A stretch of 64,000 nt of DNA from Parcubacteria group bacterium GW2011_GWA2_48_9. GTDB taxonomy: Bacteria; Patescibacteriota; Patescibacteriia; UBA10025. Below, one piece after another: positions 29,950 to 39,966 of the stretch (the first letter of the stretch is position 1; every line of letters starts with the position of its first letter). The stretch is taken from NCBI GenBank assembly GCA_001003705.1, contig LCPQ01000001.1, positions 58,008 to 122,007 on the forward strand, written 5' to 3'. Under the pieces are notes generated by a model. The model ran no database searches, was not told where the DNA came from, and saw only the letters and a list, made by a program, of their open reading frames with translations. A program made the position numbers and the translations under genes.

Positions 29950-31332
29950 ATGAAGGCTTTTATTAAAAATATTATAGCTTGCTCCTTAGCTCTCGTACTT
30001 CTGGCACCGTCTGCTTCAGAAGCAATTTTTAATCCAAACTTTATACTAGGAGACCGTGATCTCGTTGATAGTACTTCCATGTCTGTCGATCGTGTTCAAA
30101 GCTTCCTACAATCGCAAGGGAGCGGTCTTGCATCATACGTTACAGACGCACCAGGAGGATTGCGGAAAACAGCTGCTCAAGTGATCTATGAAGCTGGTCG
30201 TTATTGGGGCATCAACCAACGTTACTTGATGGTGCGAATGCAAGTCGAACAAAGTTTAGTGACCGATAGCACTCCGAGCGAGCGGCAGTTAAACTGGGCG
30301 ACAGGGTACGCTGTCTGTGATTCGTGTTCGACAAGCGACCCCGCAATACAGCAATACCGTGGATTTTTTAACCAAGTCAACTGGGCCGCGAGAAGAATTC
30401 GAGAAAGATACCTTCCTGACCTCGCACAAAACGGGGTCACTTTCACCGGCTGGGGTCCTGGCAAAACGAAAAAGACGGGCGACGGATACTTCGTTACCCC
30501 CGAAAATAATGCGACATCGGTTATGTATACGTACACTCCCTATGTGTATAATGCAAATTACAATGTATGGCGTTTTTGGAACACTTGGTTTATCCGCCAT
30601 TATCCGGACGGTTCACTTCTGCAAGATAGCGCTTCTGGAGGAATCTGGAAAATTGAAAATGGGAAGCGACGCCCATTCCAATCACGGTCCGCTTTCTTCT
30701 CACGATATGATGCAAACCAAGCTATACCTGTTTCAAAGACTGACTTAGAGGCTTATACTATTGGCGCCCCTATAAAATTTCCAAACTATGCACTCGTGCT
30801 TTCCTCGAACGGCAAAGTATATTTGCTTGACGGGGATTCTAAACGGTGGATAGTCTCGCCTGAAGTTTTTAGGGCTATAGGGTTTAATCCGGAAGAAATT
30901 ATTACTGTATCAGACAGCGACTTGGCAACATATACCAATGGCGAACCAGTTTCTTTACAGAGCGCATATCCTTCGGGGGTATTGTTTCAATCGTTGCAAA
31001 CCGGCGGAATTTCATTTATTAAAGATGGTGTACGACACTCCGTGTGGTCACGGGAAATCCTTAATTCGCAATTCAAAAACCGCTCTGTGGCAACCGTCAA
31101 CGATGAAGTCATACAGCGATTTGCAAAGGGCGACCCGATTCTTTTCCGTGACAGCGAACTGGTCACTTCACCAGGCAACCGAAGCGTATTCTTTATCTCA
31201 AACGGCATAAAACGACCTATCGCATCTAAGGAAGCGTTTGACGCATTGGGCTTTCGGTGGGAAAATATTATCAGGACGTCGGACAAAGCTTTAGAAATCC
31301 ACCCGACAGGTTCACAAATCAAGCTCGAATAA
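29950..31332 (+). CDS. Secreted protein with putative lysozyme-like N-terminal domain and CPR-type C-terminal repeats
   Basis: Signal peptide; QVEQSL, GYA, YTYTP motifs; repeated G.VY.I.NGKRRP units. Confidence 0.6.
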   Translation: MKAFIKNIIACSLALVLLAPSASEAIFNPNFILGDRDLVDSTSMSVDRVQSFLQSQGSGLASYVTDAPGGLRKTAAQVIYEAGRYWGINQRYLMVRMQVEQSLVTDSTPSERQLNWATGYAVCDSCSTSDPAIQQYRGFFNQVNWAARRIRERYLPDLAQNGVTFTGWGPGKTKKTGDGYFVTPENNATSVMYTYTPYVYNANYNVWRFWNTWFIRHYPDGSLLQDSASGGIWKIENGKRRPFQSRSAFFSRYDANQAIPVSKTDLEAYTIGAPIKFPNYALVLSSNGKVYLLDGDSKRWIVSPEVFRAIGFNPEEIITVSDSDLATYTNGEPVSLQSAYPSGVLFQSLQTGGISFIKDGVRHSVWSREILNSQFKNRSVATVNDEVIQRFAKGDPILFRDSELVTSPGNRSVFFISNGIKRPIASKEAFDALGFRWENIIRTSDKALEIHPTGSQIKLE

Positions 31333-31337
31333 ACCCT

Positions 31338-32135
31338 ATGCTCGTATTCGCCGCAATTACTCCACATCCTCCAATAGTCATTCCAACGATTGGCAAGGAT
31401 AACATGAAGTTTGTAACAAAGACGGTAAATGCCTACCGAGAGCTTGGGGAAGATATGTACGCAGCCCGGCCTGACACGATTATCGTGATTTCACCCCATG
31501 GCCCAATGTTACAGAATGCCTTCGCAATAAACCTCATGCCGCGTTTCGGGGCAAACTTTGAGGAATTTGGCGATCTGGTCACCTGGTTTACTATCCCCGG
31601 AGATGTCGGCTTCACCCACCAATTGAAGGAACATATTGAGACCCGTTACCCCGTCGTTCTTATGTCACAGGAAAAACTCGACCACGGTGTCGGTGTTCCC
31701 CTTTACTTCCTGACACAGAACCTTAACCGCAACAATGTTAAACTTATTCCGATGTCCTTCTCGCTGCTCGATTATGAAAGCCACTTCGAATTCGGGCGTG
31801 CGCTCCAAGAAGAAATTATCAACGATAATCGTCGTATTGCAGTAGTGGCCTCCGGCGACCTTTCGCATAAATTAACTGAGCACTCACCCGCAGGATATAA
31901 CCCGAAGGCAAAGGAATTCGACGAACACCTTATCCAACTCATAAAAAAGAATGACGTAGCAGGAATCCTCCACCTGAACCGCGAACTCGTAGAGGAGGCC
32001 GCTGAATGCGGACTGAGATCAATTATTATCCTCCTGGGTATATTGAATAGCATGCGCGTGAAGCCGAATATTATGAGTTACGAAGCCCCGTTTGGTGTCG
32101 GCTATCTTACTGCGTCATTCACATTAGGAAATTAG
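31338..32135 (+). CDS. AmmeMemoRadiSam system protein B / LigB-like dioxygenase family
   Basis: PHPP, ISPH, LDHG, ASGDLSH, ECG, YEAPFGVGY motifs. Confidence 0.85.
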   Translation: MLVFAAITPHPPIVIPTIGKDNMKFVTKTVNAYRELGEDMYAARPDTIIVISPHGPMLQNAFAINLMPRFGANFEEFGDLVTWFTIPGDVGFTHQLKEHIETRYPVVLMSQEKLDHGVGVPLYFLTQNLNRNNVKLIPMSFSLLDYESHFEFGRALQEEIINDNRRIAVVASGDLSHKLTEHSPAGYNPKAKEFDEHLIQLIKKNDVAGILHLNRELVEEAAECGLRSIIILLGILNSMRVKPNIMSYEAPFGVGYLTASFTLGN

Positions 32136-32146
32136 ACTTTTTTTCG

Positions 32147-32902
32147 ATGCGTGTTATACCGATCCGAACTCCCCTCATCAAGCCGGGTGAGGATGTGATT
32201 GACGTGCTTCTTGTACATTTAAAGCACATGCGCGTACATAATGGCGATGTGGTAAGCATATCTTCAAAAGTCGCAGGCCTCGCGGAAGGAAGGATTGTAA
32301 AGCTTCATTCGATACTTCCACGTAGTCACGCCCGTTTAATGGCACGTACATACCACCTACTCCCCTCATTTGCACAAGTGGTTATCGACCATGCCGACAG
32401 GGTTATTGGCGGAGTGCCTGGAACGCTTATTACTCTAAAAAATGGCATTATTGTACCAAATGCCGGTGCAGATCAGTCAAACGCTCCACCGGGGTTTGCG
32501 ATTTTGTGGCCGAAATCGCCAGAAGTACTTGCTGAAAAGATACGAAAAGCCATAAGAAAAGAACTTCACAGAAATATCGGCGTGATAATCACCGACTCTG
32601 GATTCATTCCTGGGAGGCGAGGCACTGTCGGTATCGCCATTTCAGTGGCGGGCTTCGATCCTGTTCGTGATGAACGTGGAAAACCGGACCTCTTCAGACG
32701 GAAAATGCGATTGACAAGGGTTAATGTGGCTGATAGTCTGGCAACAGCCGCTCAAGTAGTGAGCGGTGAACGAAATGAATGTATCCCGTTCGTACTTATA
32801 AAAGAAAGTTACGTTCCTCTCACGTCAATACCGGCAAAAAAACTTACCCGCCGCTTGATAATGAGAAGATCGCAGGACCTTTTTAAGCACCATCTGACAT
32901 AA
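32147..32902 (+). CDS. cofE: Coenzyme F420-0:L-glutamate ligase (CofE) family protein
   Basis: ISSKV..AEGR, NAGADQSNA, VIITDS, RRGTVG, GKPDLF motifs. Confidence 0.85.
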   Translation: MRVIPIRTPLIKPGEDVIDVLLVHLKHMRVHNGDVVSISSKVAGLAEGRIVKLHSILPRSHARLMARTYHLLPSFAQVVIDHADRVIGGVPGTLITLKNGIIVPNAGADQSNAPPGFAILWPKSPEVLAEKIRKAIRKELHRNIGVIITDSGFIPGRRGTVGIAISVAGFDPVRDERGKPDLFRRKMRLTRVNVADSLATAAQVVSGERNECIPFVLIKESYVPLTSIPAKKLTRRLIMRRSQDLFKHHLT

Positions 32903-32910
32903 TTCATAAT

Positions 32911-33597
32911 ATGAAAAAAACGCTTGTCATTGTCCTCGGCCTCACTATCTCATTATTCGCACTTCAAATCCCGTTTTCGGTGCTTATTGGAGGTTCAAAT
33001 CAGCAATTTTCAATGTTCGATTTTATTGCCCCGTCTCTAGGCGGATTTTTTGGTTCAATCATAGGTGCAATAACCATCGTGGCGGCAAAAGCATTCAATA
33101 CGTTCGCGCATGAAGAACCATTTAACATGATCAATGTTATACGACTATTTCCACTTGCATTTGGCGCATTGTACTTTGGGTTACGAAAATTCCCTTTTGT
33201 AAAGGCATTTATTCCACTACTTTGTATGGTGCTTTTTAACCTGCATCCAGAGGGTCGCGGTGCATGGTATTACTCTCTCTACTGGCTAATTCCAGTTGTG
33301 GCACTTCTCACACCACACAGCCTCATCTTCAAGAGCCTTGGTGCAACGTTTACAGCCCACGCAGTCGGTGGCGTTGCTTTCTTGTATGCATTTAACCTGC
33401 CCGCAGAGGTCTGGATTGCGCTCATACCAATCGTGTTTATCGAACGCATGCTCTTTACCGCAGGGATCGCCGCATCTTATCTCGCCACGAACTCAGTTCT
33501 CGCATTTATAAGCTCGCATCCTAAATTTGCATTTATGGCTCGACTAGTCGATGTCCAGTATGTGTTCTCCAGGTCATTTCTGAAGAAATTCGTCTGA
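32911..33597 (+). CDS. Membrane protein, ECF S-component-like
   Basis: About 6-7 TM helices, 228 aa, PSLGGFFG, TFTAHAVG, ER motifs; 8 nt after cofE. Confidence 0.55.
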   Translation: MKKTLVIVLGLTISLFALQIPFSVLIGGSNQQFSMFDFIAPSLGGFFGSIIGAITIVAAKAFNTFAHEEPFNMINVIRLFPLAFGALYFGLRKFPFVKAFIPLLCMVLFNLHPEGRGAWYYSLYWLIPVVALLTPHSLIFKSLGATFTAHAVGGVAFLYAFNLPAEVWIALIPIVFIERMLFTAGIAASYLATNSVLAFISSHPKFAFMARLVDVQYVFSRSFLKKFV

Positions 33598-33729
33598 ATT
33601 TCTTCATCGAATTGCATCCTAGATCAGCGAACCATATATAGTTACTCTGATATCTCGCCCAATTGACACTCTCATTCATGAATGTGGCGGCTTTTTCTAG
33701 CTACAAATACTTGATACAATGAATGAGCT

Positions 33730-35565
33730 ATGTACGCAGAAGTAATACTTTCTCGACGTTTTCCGAAATCAATGGGGGTTTTTGACTACAAAGTTCCTGA
33801 GTCGCTTTTGGGTCGTATCAGAGTGGGACACCTTGTATCAATCCCTTTCAGAAAAAGTGTGGCCGAAGGGGTTGTTGTCCGTCTGAAAGAAAACCCCTTT
33901 CCCGGAGTTTCAATAAAGACACTGACAGGGATCACTGATGATCCTCCACTGTTAACTGACCAGCAACTCCAGTTCGCTCAGTGGATGTCCGACTACTATG
34001 CCGTATCAATCGGCACGGTCATTAAATCAATGATTCCCGGCATCCCGAAGCGTACCCGCGTTCGAGCAATTATGGAATGGCCAAAAATAACGCCAACGAC
34101 ACCAACAAACATTACGCGCAGCGAACAGCCGGTTTTGGTGTGGATCGAAAGCGTAGGGTTGCGACAAGACTGGTATGCGACTTTTTTTAGTACGTTAAAA
34201 AAACAAACATTGGTTGTCCTCCCTGAGGTTGCAAAAGTCCATTTTTTCCTAGCTCTCGTACCCCCAGATCTTAGGAAACATACCGTGGTAGTTCATAGCA
34301 AACTCGGAATAGCAGAATTCTACGATGCGTGGAAAAAAATACGAAACGGGTCAGCGCGGCTCATCGTTGGAACTAAAATGTCGGTGTTCTTGCCATTTTC
34401 TTCGCTTGATAGCATCCTCGTTGATGATGAGCACGACGAAGACCATAAGCAATATGATCAAAATCCACGTTTTGACGTGCGAACGTCGGTTCTAACGCTT
34501 AAAAAACTTTTTTCGTGTGGACTATGGTTTGTTTCGCCAGCTCCGACAGTCGAGCGATACTTTCAGGCCGCTGCGGGACATATGACACTTCAAAAAGAGA
34601 CAAGCAAAGTACGTCCAGCTATCTCAATAGTTGACATGAAGGAGGAGCGGGTAAAAAAGAATTTTTCACTTATATCTGACGCGCTTCATGACACATTGCA
34701 AGCTTCCTTAAGCAAAAAAAGCAGGGTTTTTCTTTTTCTTAATAGACGCGGTGAAGCTTCAACCGTCGTATGTAAAGAATGCGGTCATACGGTCTTTTGT
34801 CCGGATTGTAAGCGCCCTCTCGCCATACATACTCAAAAGCGGCAAACGGAGCTAGTATGCCATGCGTGCAACGCGCGCCATGAACTCATACGATGCGGAC
34901 ACTGCTCGTCAGTATCCTTCAAATACATCGGCGGAGGTACACAGCGCCTAGAAAGAGAGGTTATAAATGCTTTTCCGGGCACAGCGGTATCACGTCTAGA
35001 TGCGGATACTACGCTATATAACGCTACGGCAGAGATTGTCATCGGTACCGAACTCGCGAGAAAAAGGATTGTGCTCACAGAATTCCTGTGTATCGGCGTT
35101 ATTGCGGCGGATATCATGTTTCAAAGACCCGATTTTCGCTCCTCGGAGAAAGCGTTTCAATCGCTTACTGAACTTCTCACAGAATCGTCTCATAGCGCAT
35201 CAATTATCATCCAAAGCTACTCTCCACATCATCCGGCCATCACCCATCTACTATCAAACGACCTGGAAGCTTTTTACAGAAATGAACTTACTGAAAGAAA
35301 GGAACACTTATACCCCCCGTATTCGCAAATTGTAAAACTCATGAATACACATTACAACGACCCCGAAGCATCAATACGACTTATTCAAAAGTTTAAGGCA
35401 GATAAGCTCTCCGCCTATGAACTCCCCCACCAGGGAGGTCAACATAACAGACCTACTGTCATTCTCAAGCTTCCGCTTGAAACCACCATGCGACAATGGA
35501 AGGTCATTGTGAGCCGCATACCTGACACCTGGCTGATAGACCGTGACCCCGTCTCATTGTCGTAG
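33730..35565 (+). CDS. priA: Primosomal protein N' (CPR-type, degenerate helicase motif I)
   Basis: FDY.VP N-terminus, DDEHD, LNRRG, four CxxC pairs, YPPYS. Confidence 0.9.
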   Translation: MYAEVILSRRFPKSMGVFDYKVPESLLGRIRVGHLVSIPFRKSVAEGVVVRLKENPFPGVSIKTLTGITDDPPLLTDQQLQFAQWMSDYYAVSIGTVIKSMIPGIPKRTRVRAIMEWPKITPTTPTNITRSEQPVLVWIESVGLRQDWYATFFSTLKKQTLVVLPEVAKVHFFLALVPPDLRKHTVVVHSKLGIAEFYDAWKKIRNGSARLIVGTKMSVFLPFSSLDSILVDDEHDEDHKQYDQNPRFDVRTSVLTLKKLFSCGLWFVSPAPTVERYFQAAAGHMTLQKETSKVRPAISIVDMKEERVKKNFSLISDALHDTLQASLSKKSRVFLFLNRRGEASTVVCKECGHTVFCPDCKRPLAIHTQKRQTELVCHACNARHELIRCGHCSSVSFKYIGGGTQRLEREVINAFPGTAVSRLDADTTLYNATAEIVIGTELARKRIVLTEFLCIGVIAADIMFQRPDFRSSEKAFQSLTELLTESSHSASIIIQSYSPHHPAITHLLSNDLEAFYRNELTERKEHLYPPYSQIVKLMNTHYNDPEASIRLIQKFKADKLSAYELPHQGGQHNRPTVILKLPLETTMRQWKVIVSRIPDTWLIDRDPVSLS

Positions 35566-35607
35566 CTACCGCTAGACGAAAGAATATCCTCACGGTACTA
35601 TGCGCCT

Positions 35608-36903
35608 ATGAGTGTACTCACAGTAACTTACCACCCGAACAGCCTCCTCCGAGCAACATTACTACCCGTGGAACTCGGCGCGCTTCAATCACCAGGAATA
35701 CAAAAAATGATCGATACAATGGTTGAGACGATGTTCGCCAAGAACGGTATTGGTATTGCAGCAAACCAAGTTGGTAAGAATCACCAGATTGCTATCCTTA
35801 ATACGGCGGAAGGTCCGGTGATAATTATTAATCCTCGGATTACGAAACTATCAATCCTGAAGGAGAACGGCGAAGAAGGCTGTCTCTCTGTTCCTGGCCT
35901 TTTCGGCATGGTAAGAAGACACCGGTCACTTACGTTGAGTGCATATGACCGCCACGGAAAATCATTTACCATGAAGGCGCGGGGCCTACTGGCTAGAGTC
36001 ATACAGCATGAAGTTGACCATCTCAATGGTATTCTCTTTCAATCAATTGACGTGGTCGGCGTTTTGACGCAACCAGACAAACCAGCCGGCAGGGGGTACC
36101 ATCTAATTGAGTCCCCTATTAAGAGACTTGCGCGGCGATATAAACTTCCTATCTACCAGCCCTTAACAGTGACCGATCCGTCTAGTATCGAGTTACTATC
36201 GGGACTCTCTCTCGACGTTGTCGTACTCGCTGCGTATGGTGAGTTGATCCCTAAAAAACTCTTGTCATTGCCTCGATGTGGCTGGTTGAACGTGCATGCA
36301 TCACTTTTGCCGAGACTGCGTGGCGCATCCCCCATCCAGCACGCACTTTTGGAGGGATACACAGAAACCGGCATTACCCTGATGAAAATGGTGGAAAAAC
36401 TTGACGCGGGCCCGGTGATCGCCAAATCTGTAATACTAGTTGATAAAGATGATACAGCCGGCTCACTCCATGACAAACTCGCCTTGCTAGGCGCGAAGTG
36501 CATTGAGGAGTATCTCATTGCTTACCTTACTGATCGGCGGCCAATAACCGAACAAGACCATGAGCAAGCGACATATTGCAAAAAAATTCGCAGTAGTGAC
36601 GCCCGTATCGATTGGCACGCATCTGCCGATGAGATTAATAGGCTTGTTCGCGCAATGAATCCAGCGCCTGGCGCCTTTACCCAATTTAATGGTAATCAAG
36701 TTAAGATTTTTGCCATTGAAACTTTTCAACATGAAGTTATTGGGCCTCCAGGAACTGTGGGAGGTGTTGGCGCGCATTTAGTGGTGTCGTCAGGTACTAG
36801 ACCATTACATATTCTTTCGCTTCAACTTCCAGGCAAGAAAAAAGTGACCGGTGCGGAATTCATCAACGGCCATAGGAATATACTCCCTTTTTCATTCGTA
36901 TAG
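35608..36903 (+). CDS. Peptide deformylase joined in frame to N-terminally truncated methionyl-tRNA formyltransferase (def/fmt)
   Basis: GIGIAANQ, EGCLS, QHEVDHLNG, then TQPDKPAGRG and HASLLPRLRGASP; Fmt GTP/F N-terminal motif absent. Confidence 0.85.
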   Translation: MSVLTVTYHPNSLLRATLLPVELGALQSPGIQKMIDTMVETMFAKNGIGIAANQVGKNHQIAILNTAEGPVIIINPRITKLSILKENGEEGCLSVPGLFGMVRRHRSLTLSAYDRHGKSFTMKARGLLARVIQHEVDHLNGILFQSIDVVGVLTQPDKPAGRGYHLIESPIKRLARRYKLPIYQPLTVTDPSSIELLSGLSLDVVVLAAYGELIPKKLLSLPRCGWLNVHASLLPRLRGASPIQHALLEGYTETGITLMKMVEKLDAGPVIAKSVILVDKDDTAGSLHDKLALLGAKCIEEYLIAYLTDRRPITEQDHEQATYCKKIRSSDARIDWHASADEINRLVRAMNPAPGAFTQFNGNQVKIFAIETFQHEVIGPPGTVGGVGAHLVVSSGTRPLHILSLQLPGKKKVTGAEFINGHRNILPFSFV

Positions 36904-36914
36904 TCATACCCTGC

Positions 36915-37298
36915 ATCATACTGCGCAAAATGCTCATAACTGCGCGTGATGTTGTGTACGACATTGGGTGTATCGATGAACATAGGGCACCCGTACAGTA
37001 GGCTTCGAACTCTCACCGCTTGCCTATGGTAAAGCGCGATTAAATATATGGCAGTGAAATGCAAACATTCGCGTATTACATAAAGACTTCAGAAAGGCAG
37101 ATCTCACTGAAGCTGCCGTGGTGTTTTTTTGTTACAGGCGTTATGAGTGACATTTGTCGTTTTCTCGCAAGCAGATGCCGCCCAAACACATTGGTCATTT
37201 CTTACGGCTTTACAATTCCAGGCTGGAAACCGCAAGAAATCATCCACACAAATCAAATGCGCAAATTCTTATACGTCTACCGAACTATTCAACCGTAG
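36915..37298 (+). pseudogene. Decayed class I SAM-dependent methyltransferase
   Basis: Fragments in shifting frames: VVYDIGC; GFELSPLAY...DFRKADL with internal stop; LVISYGFTIPGWKP. Confidence 0.7.
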
Positions 37299-38793
37299 TG
37301 GCGCTATGCTTTATGCGCTTTCGAAGCTTTCGGGTAACATCAAAACCAAGATACTTCCCTAGCATCAGACGTGTTACTGCATCAGTAGCAGGAATAGAGC
37401 CAAAAAATATCAACGTGACGGGCAAAAGTGCCCACTGAAATATCATGATAAGGTACCGCCACTTACTTGCTTGTGGCGGTTTTGGTGGTAAAAGTGTCGC
37501 ACCGAGAATTGCAGAAAGAAAAATTCCCAGCATTGCTGCGCTCATGAGCCAGGAGAGGATATTCGGCGCATTCTGAGCTATTGCATCAACAGTTTTTTGC
37601 TGTTGTGCGATCCAAAGCGGGAGCCGTCCTACAATAAAGATGACAATGGGTGCGGTAGCCCATGAGTACACTCCTTCGAGCTGGTTGAAAACGTAACGAA
37701 ACTTTACGACAAATGGCATACGTGCATTTATGCCAAAATTCCAAATCATCCATGGAAAGTTTTCGACACCATACGCCCATCTGCGCTGCTGTTTGTACTG
37801 GCTCTTTACGGTTTGCCAAAACGTTCTGCCACTCACGATATCCATTGAAAGAGGGATGTAGAGTGGCTCGATCCGATAATCGCCATCATAGTGCATCAGG
37901 CCCTGCAGCCCAATGCGTGAATCTTCTGTAACTATGTCTCGTTGCCAAAACCCGACATCAACCAGGGCCTGAAAGCTCATGCTATGTGATGAAAAGGTGT
38001 ACATCCTTTCAGGACGTAGCTGTTCTGACATGAGCCAAAACGTCGTACTGTATGAAACAACGCGACTGAACGCGTGCGTTTCCCACACGTTGTTGTTAAA
38101 AAGCGGCACAGGCTGAAAGCTAGCATGCGTCGGATTTGGATGAGTAAAATAACGGTACGTAAGATATGAAAAATACTGCGAGTGGACAACGGTGTCAGCA
38201 TCAAAAGATGAAACAATCACTTTATCGTAATGCACACCCAACGTGTCAATAAGCTTCTTCGCCTCATTGCCAGCCCATGCAATATTTGACCCCTTTCCCG
38301 GCAAGTCGCCAGGGGCGTTTTGCGGGTGCACAGTTATAAGAAAATCAAAAAAGACTTTTCCAAATTCTGACCGCAATGTGTTAGCAATACGGAGAAAATC
38401 ATTCGCATCTTTTTCTTCGCCAGCAAGGACCACGATAAACCGATCTAAAGGAAATGACGATCTTGTGAGCCCGTTAAAAGTGTCACGTAGCACTTCATAG
38501 GGTTCTTTATATGTCGGTATGAAGATTAAATGATATACCGTGCGCCAATCAGTCAATTGTTCACACTTCTCTAGCCAGTCAACAGACGATTCTTTCCTGA
38601 AACGGCTATACCCCAAATACACATACACCATCATGTAACTGATCCTCACGAGCCAGTATAGATCAAATACAATGATAAAATATATAGCCCAAATTGGGCG
38701 GAAGACAGACAGTCCGAGCGCAATCGCAAACGTAGCCCAAACCATGAGGCCGGGAACCATCTCAAGAAGACGATATTTTCGGTAATCAGTCAT
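37285..38793 (-). CDS. Membrane-bound glycosyltransferase family 2
   Basis: DAD, TED and QQRRWAYG (QxxRW) processive GT2 motifs. Confidence 0.9.
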   Translation of the reverse strand: MTDYRKYRLLEMVPGLMVWATFAIALGLSVFRPIWAIYFIIVFDLYWLVRISYMMVYVYLGYSRFRKESSVDWLEKCEQLTDWRTVYHLIFIPTYKEPYEVLRDTFNGLTRSSFPLDRFIVVLAGEEKDANDFLRIANTLRSEFGKVFFDFLITVHPQNAPGDLPGKGSNIAWAGNEAKKLIDTLGVHYDKVIVSSFDADTVVHSQYFSYLTYRYFTHPNPTHASFQPVPLFNNNVWETHAFSRVVSYSTTFWLMSEQLRPERMYTFSSHSMSFQALVDVGFWQRDIVTEDSRIGLQGLMHYDGDYRIEPLYIPLSMDIVSGRTFWQTVKSQYKQQRRWAYGVENFPWMIWNFGINARMPFVVKFRYVFNQLEGVYSWATAPIVIFIVGRLPLWIAQQQKTVDAIAQNAPNILSWLMSAAMLGIFLSAILGATLLPPKPPQASKWRYLIMIFQWALLPVTLIFFGSIPATDAVTRLMLGKYLGFDVTRKLRKRIKHSATTVE

Positions 38794-38857
38794 GTGGCTG
38801 TTCTTTCTGAATAAAATTCATTATACTGCAAAGTGGTATTCCTGAAAACTGCCACTT

Positions 38858-39274
38858 ATGGAGCCAAAACTATTTGTCGCTACGAAAGCGTTTATTATCT
38901 ATCGGGAAAAGGTTCTTATTGTCCGAGAATCACACTCGTATGCTGATGGAACAAACGCAGGCAAGTTCGATGTCGTTGGCGGACGAATGCACCCAGGTAC
39001 ACGATTTGATGAAAATCTTAAACGTGAAGTTAAGGAGGAAACGGGGTTGGATATCGCTGTCGGTCTGCCGTTTTTTGTCAACGAATGGTATCCTAAGGTG
39101 AGAGGAGAGCAATGGCAAATAATTGGCATGTTCTTTTCATGTCGAGCTCAAGGGGCAAAGGTACTATTGAGTAGTGACCACGTTGATTACTTGTGGATTC
39201 AACCGACGGACTACGCCAAGTATCCACTTATAGAGAATCTTGTACCCGCCTTTAAAGCGTTTATCGAACTCTAG
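38858..39274 (+). CDS. NUDIX hydrolase
   Basis: GG...LKREVKEETGL Nudix box. Confidence 0.88.
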   Translation: MEPKLFVATKAFIIYREKVLIVRESHSYADGTNAGKFDVVGGRMHPGTRFDENLKREVKEETGLDIAVGLPFFVNEWYPKVRGEQWQIIGMFFSCRAQGAKVLLSSDHVDYLWIQPTDYAKYPLIENLVPAFKAFIEL

Positions 39275-39276
39275 AT

Positions 39277-39966
39277 ATGCTTAAGATTGGTCATCGTGGC
39301 GCCGCTGGACACGAGCCGGAAAATACGATGATATCTTTTCAGCGTGCAATTGATATGGGGGCAGACGCCATCGAGCTGGATGTGCAAACGACAAAAGACG
39401 GTGAAGTCATTGCCATGCATGATGCAACTGTCAATAGAACAACTAACGGAGGTGGACGGGTATCACATTTATTATCAGTAGATATACGACGTTTGCGAAC
39501 CAAAAAAAGGAACCAGCCAATCCCAGCATTACGTGAAATCCTCGATGTTTACCAAAACAACCGAGCAATATTTATTGAGATTAAAGACCTTAATAGTGTT
39601 AAATACGTTGCTGACCTGCTACTAAAGCGAGACCACTTTCATAACATTGTTGTCATTTCACTGAACAGACAAGTACTCAAGTCTTTCAATGCACATGCAC
39701 CAAATATTAACACCGGATCATCGTTTATAATACCACCATTTCCGCTGCCGTTTGTCGCGCAGCACTTCATTATCCCTCGTGCACGAATACTAAACGCGCA
39801 GTGGATAAATCTTTTTCATCCTATGATCACTCAATCCCTCGTTATAAGCCTTCACAAAAATGGTTTCAAGGTTAATGCATGGACAGTTGATACGCCAAGT
39901 GCCATAGAACGAATGAGACGATACGGTGTAGATGGCATTATTTCTAACTTCCCGGATCGCCTATGA
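39277..39966 (+). CDS. Glycerophosphodiester phosphodiesterase
   Basis: GHRGA, PENT, IELDV, HD, EIK, WTVD, DGIISN motifs. Confidence 0.92.
   Translation: MLKIGHRGAAGHEPENTMISFQRAIDMGADAIELDVQTTKDGEVIAMHDATVNRTTNGGGRVSHLLSVDIRRLRTKKRNQPIPALREILDVYQNNRAIFIEIKDLNSVKYVADLLLKRDHFHNIVVISLNRQVLKSFNAHAPNINTGSSFIIPPFPLPFVAQHFIIPRARILNAQWINLFHPMITQSLVISLHKNGFKVNAWTVDTPSAIERMRRYGVDGIISNFPDRL

Noticed and set aside
33730-35565. PriA lacking a Walker A motif as a possible pseudogene
   Set aside because: Uninterrupted ORF with intact Zn fingers; helicase-degenerate PriA is known in several lineages.
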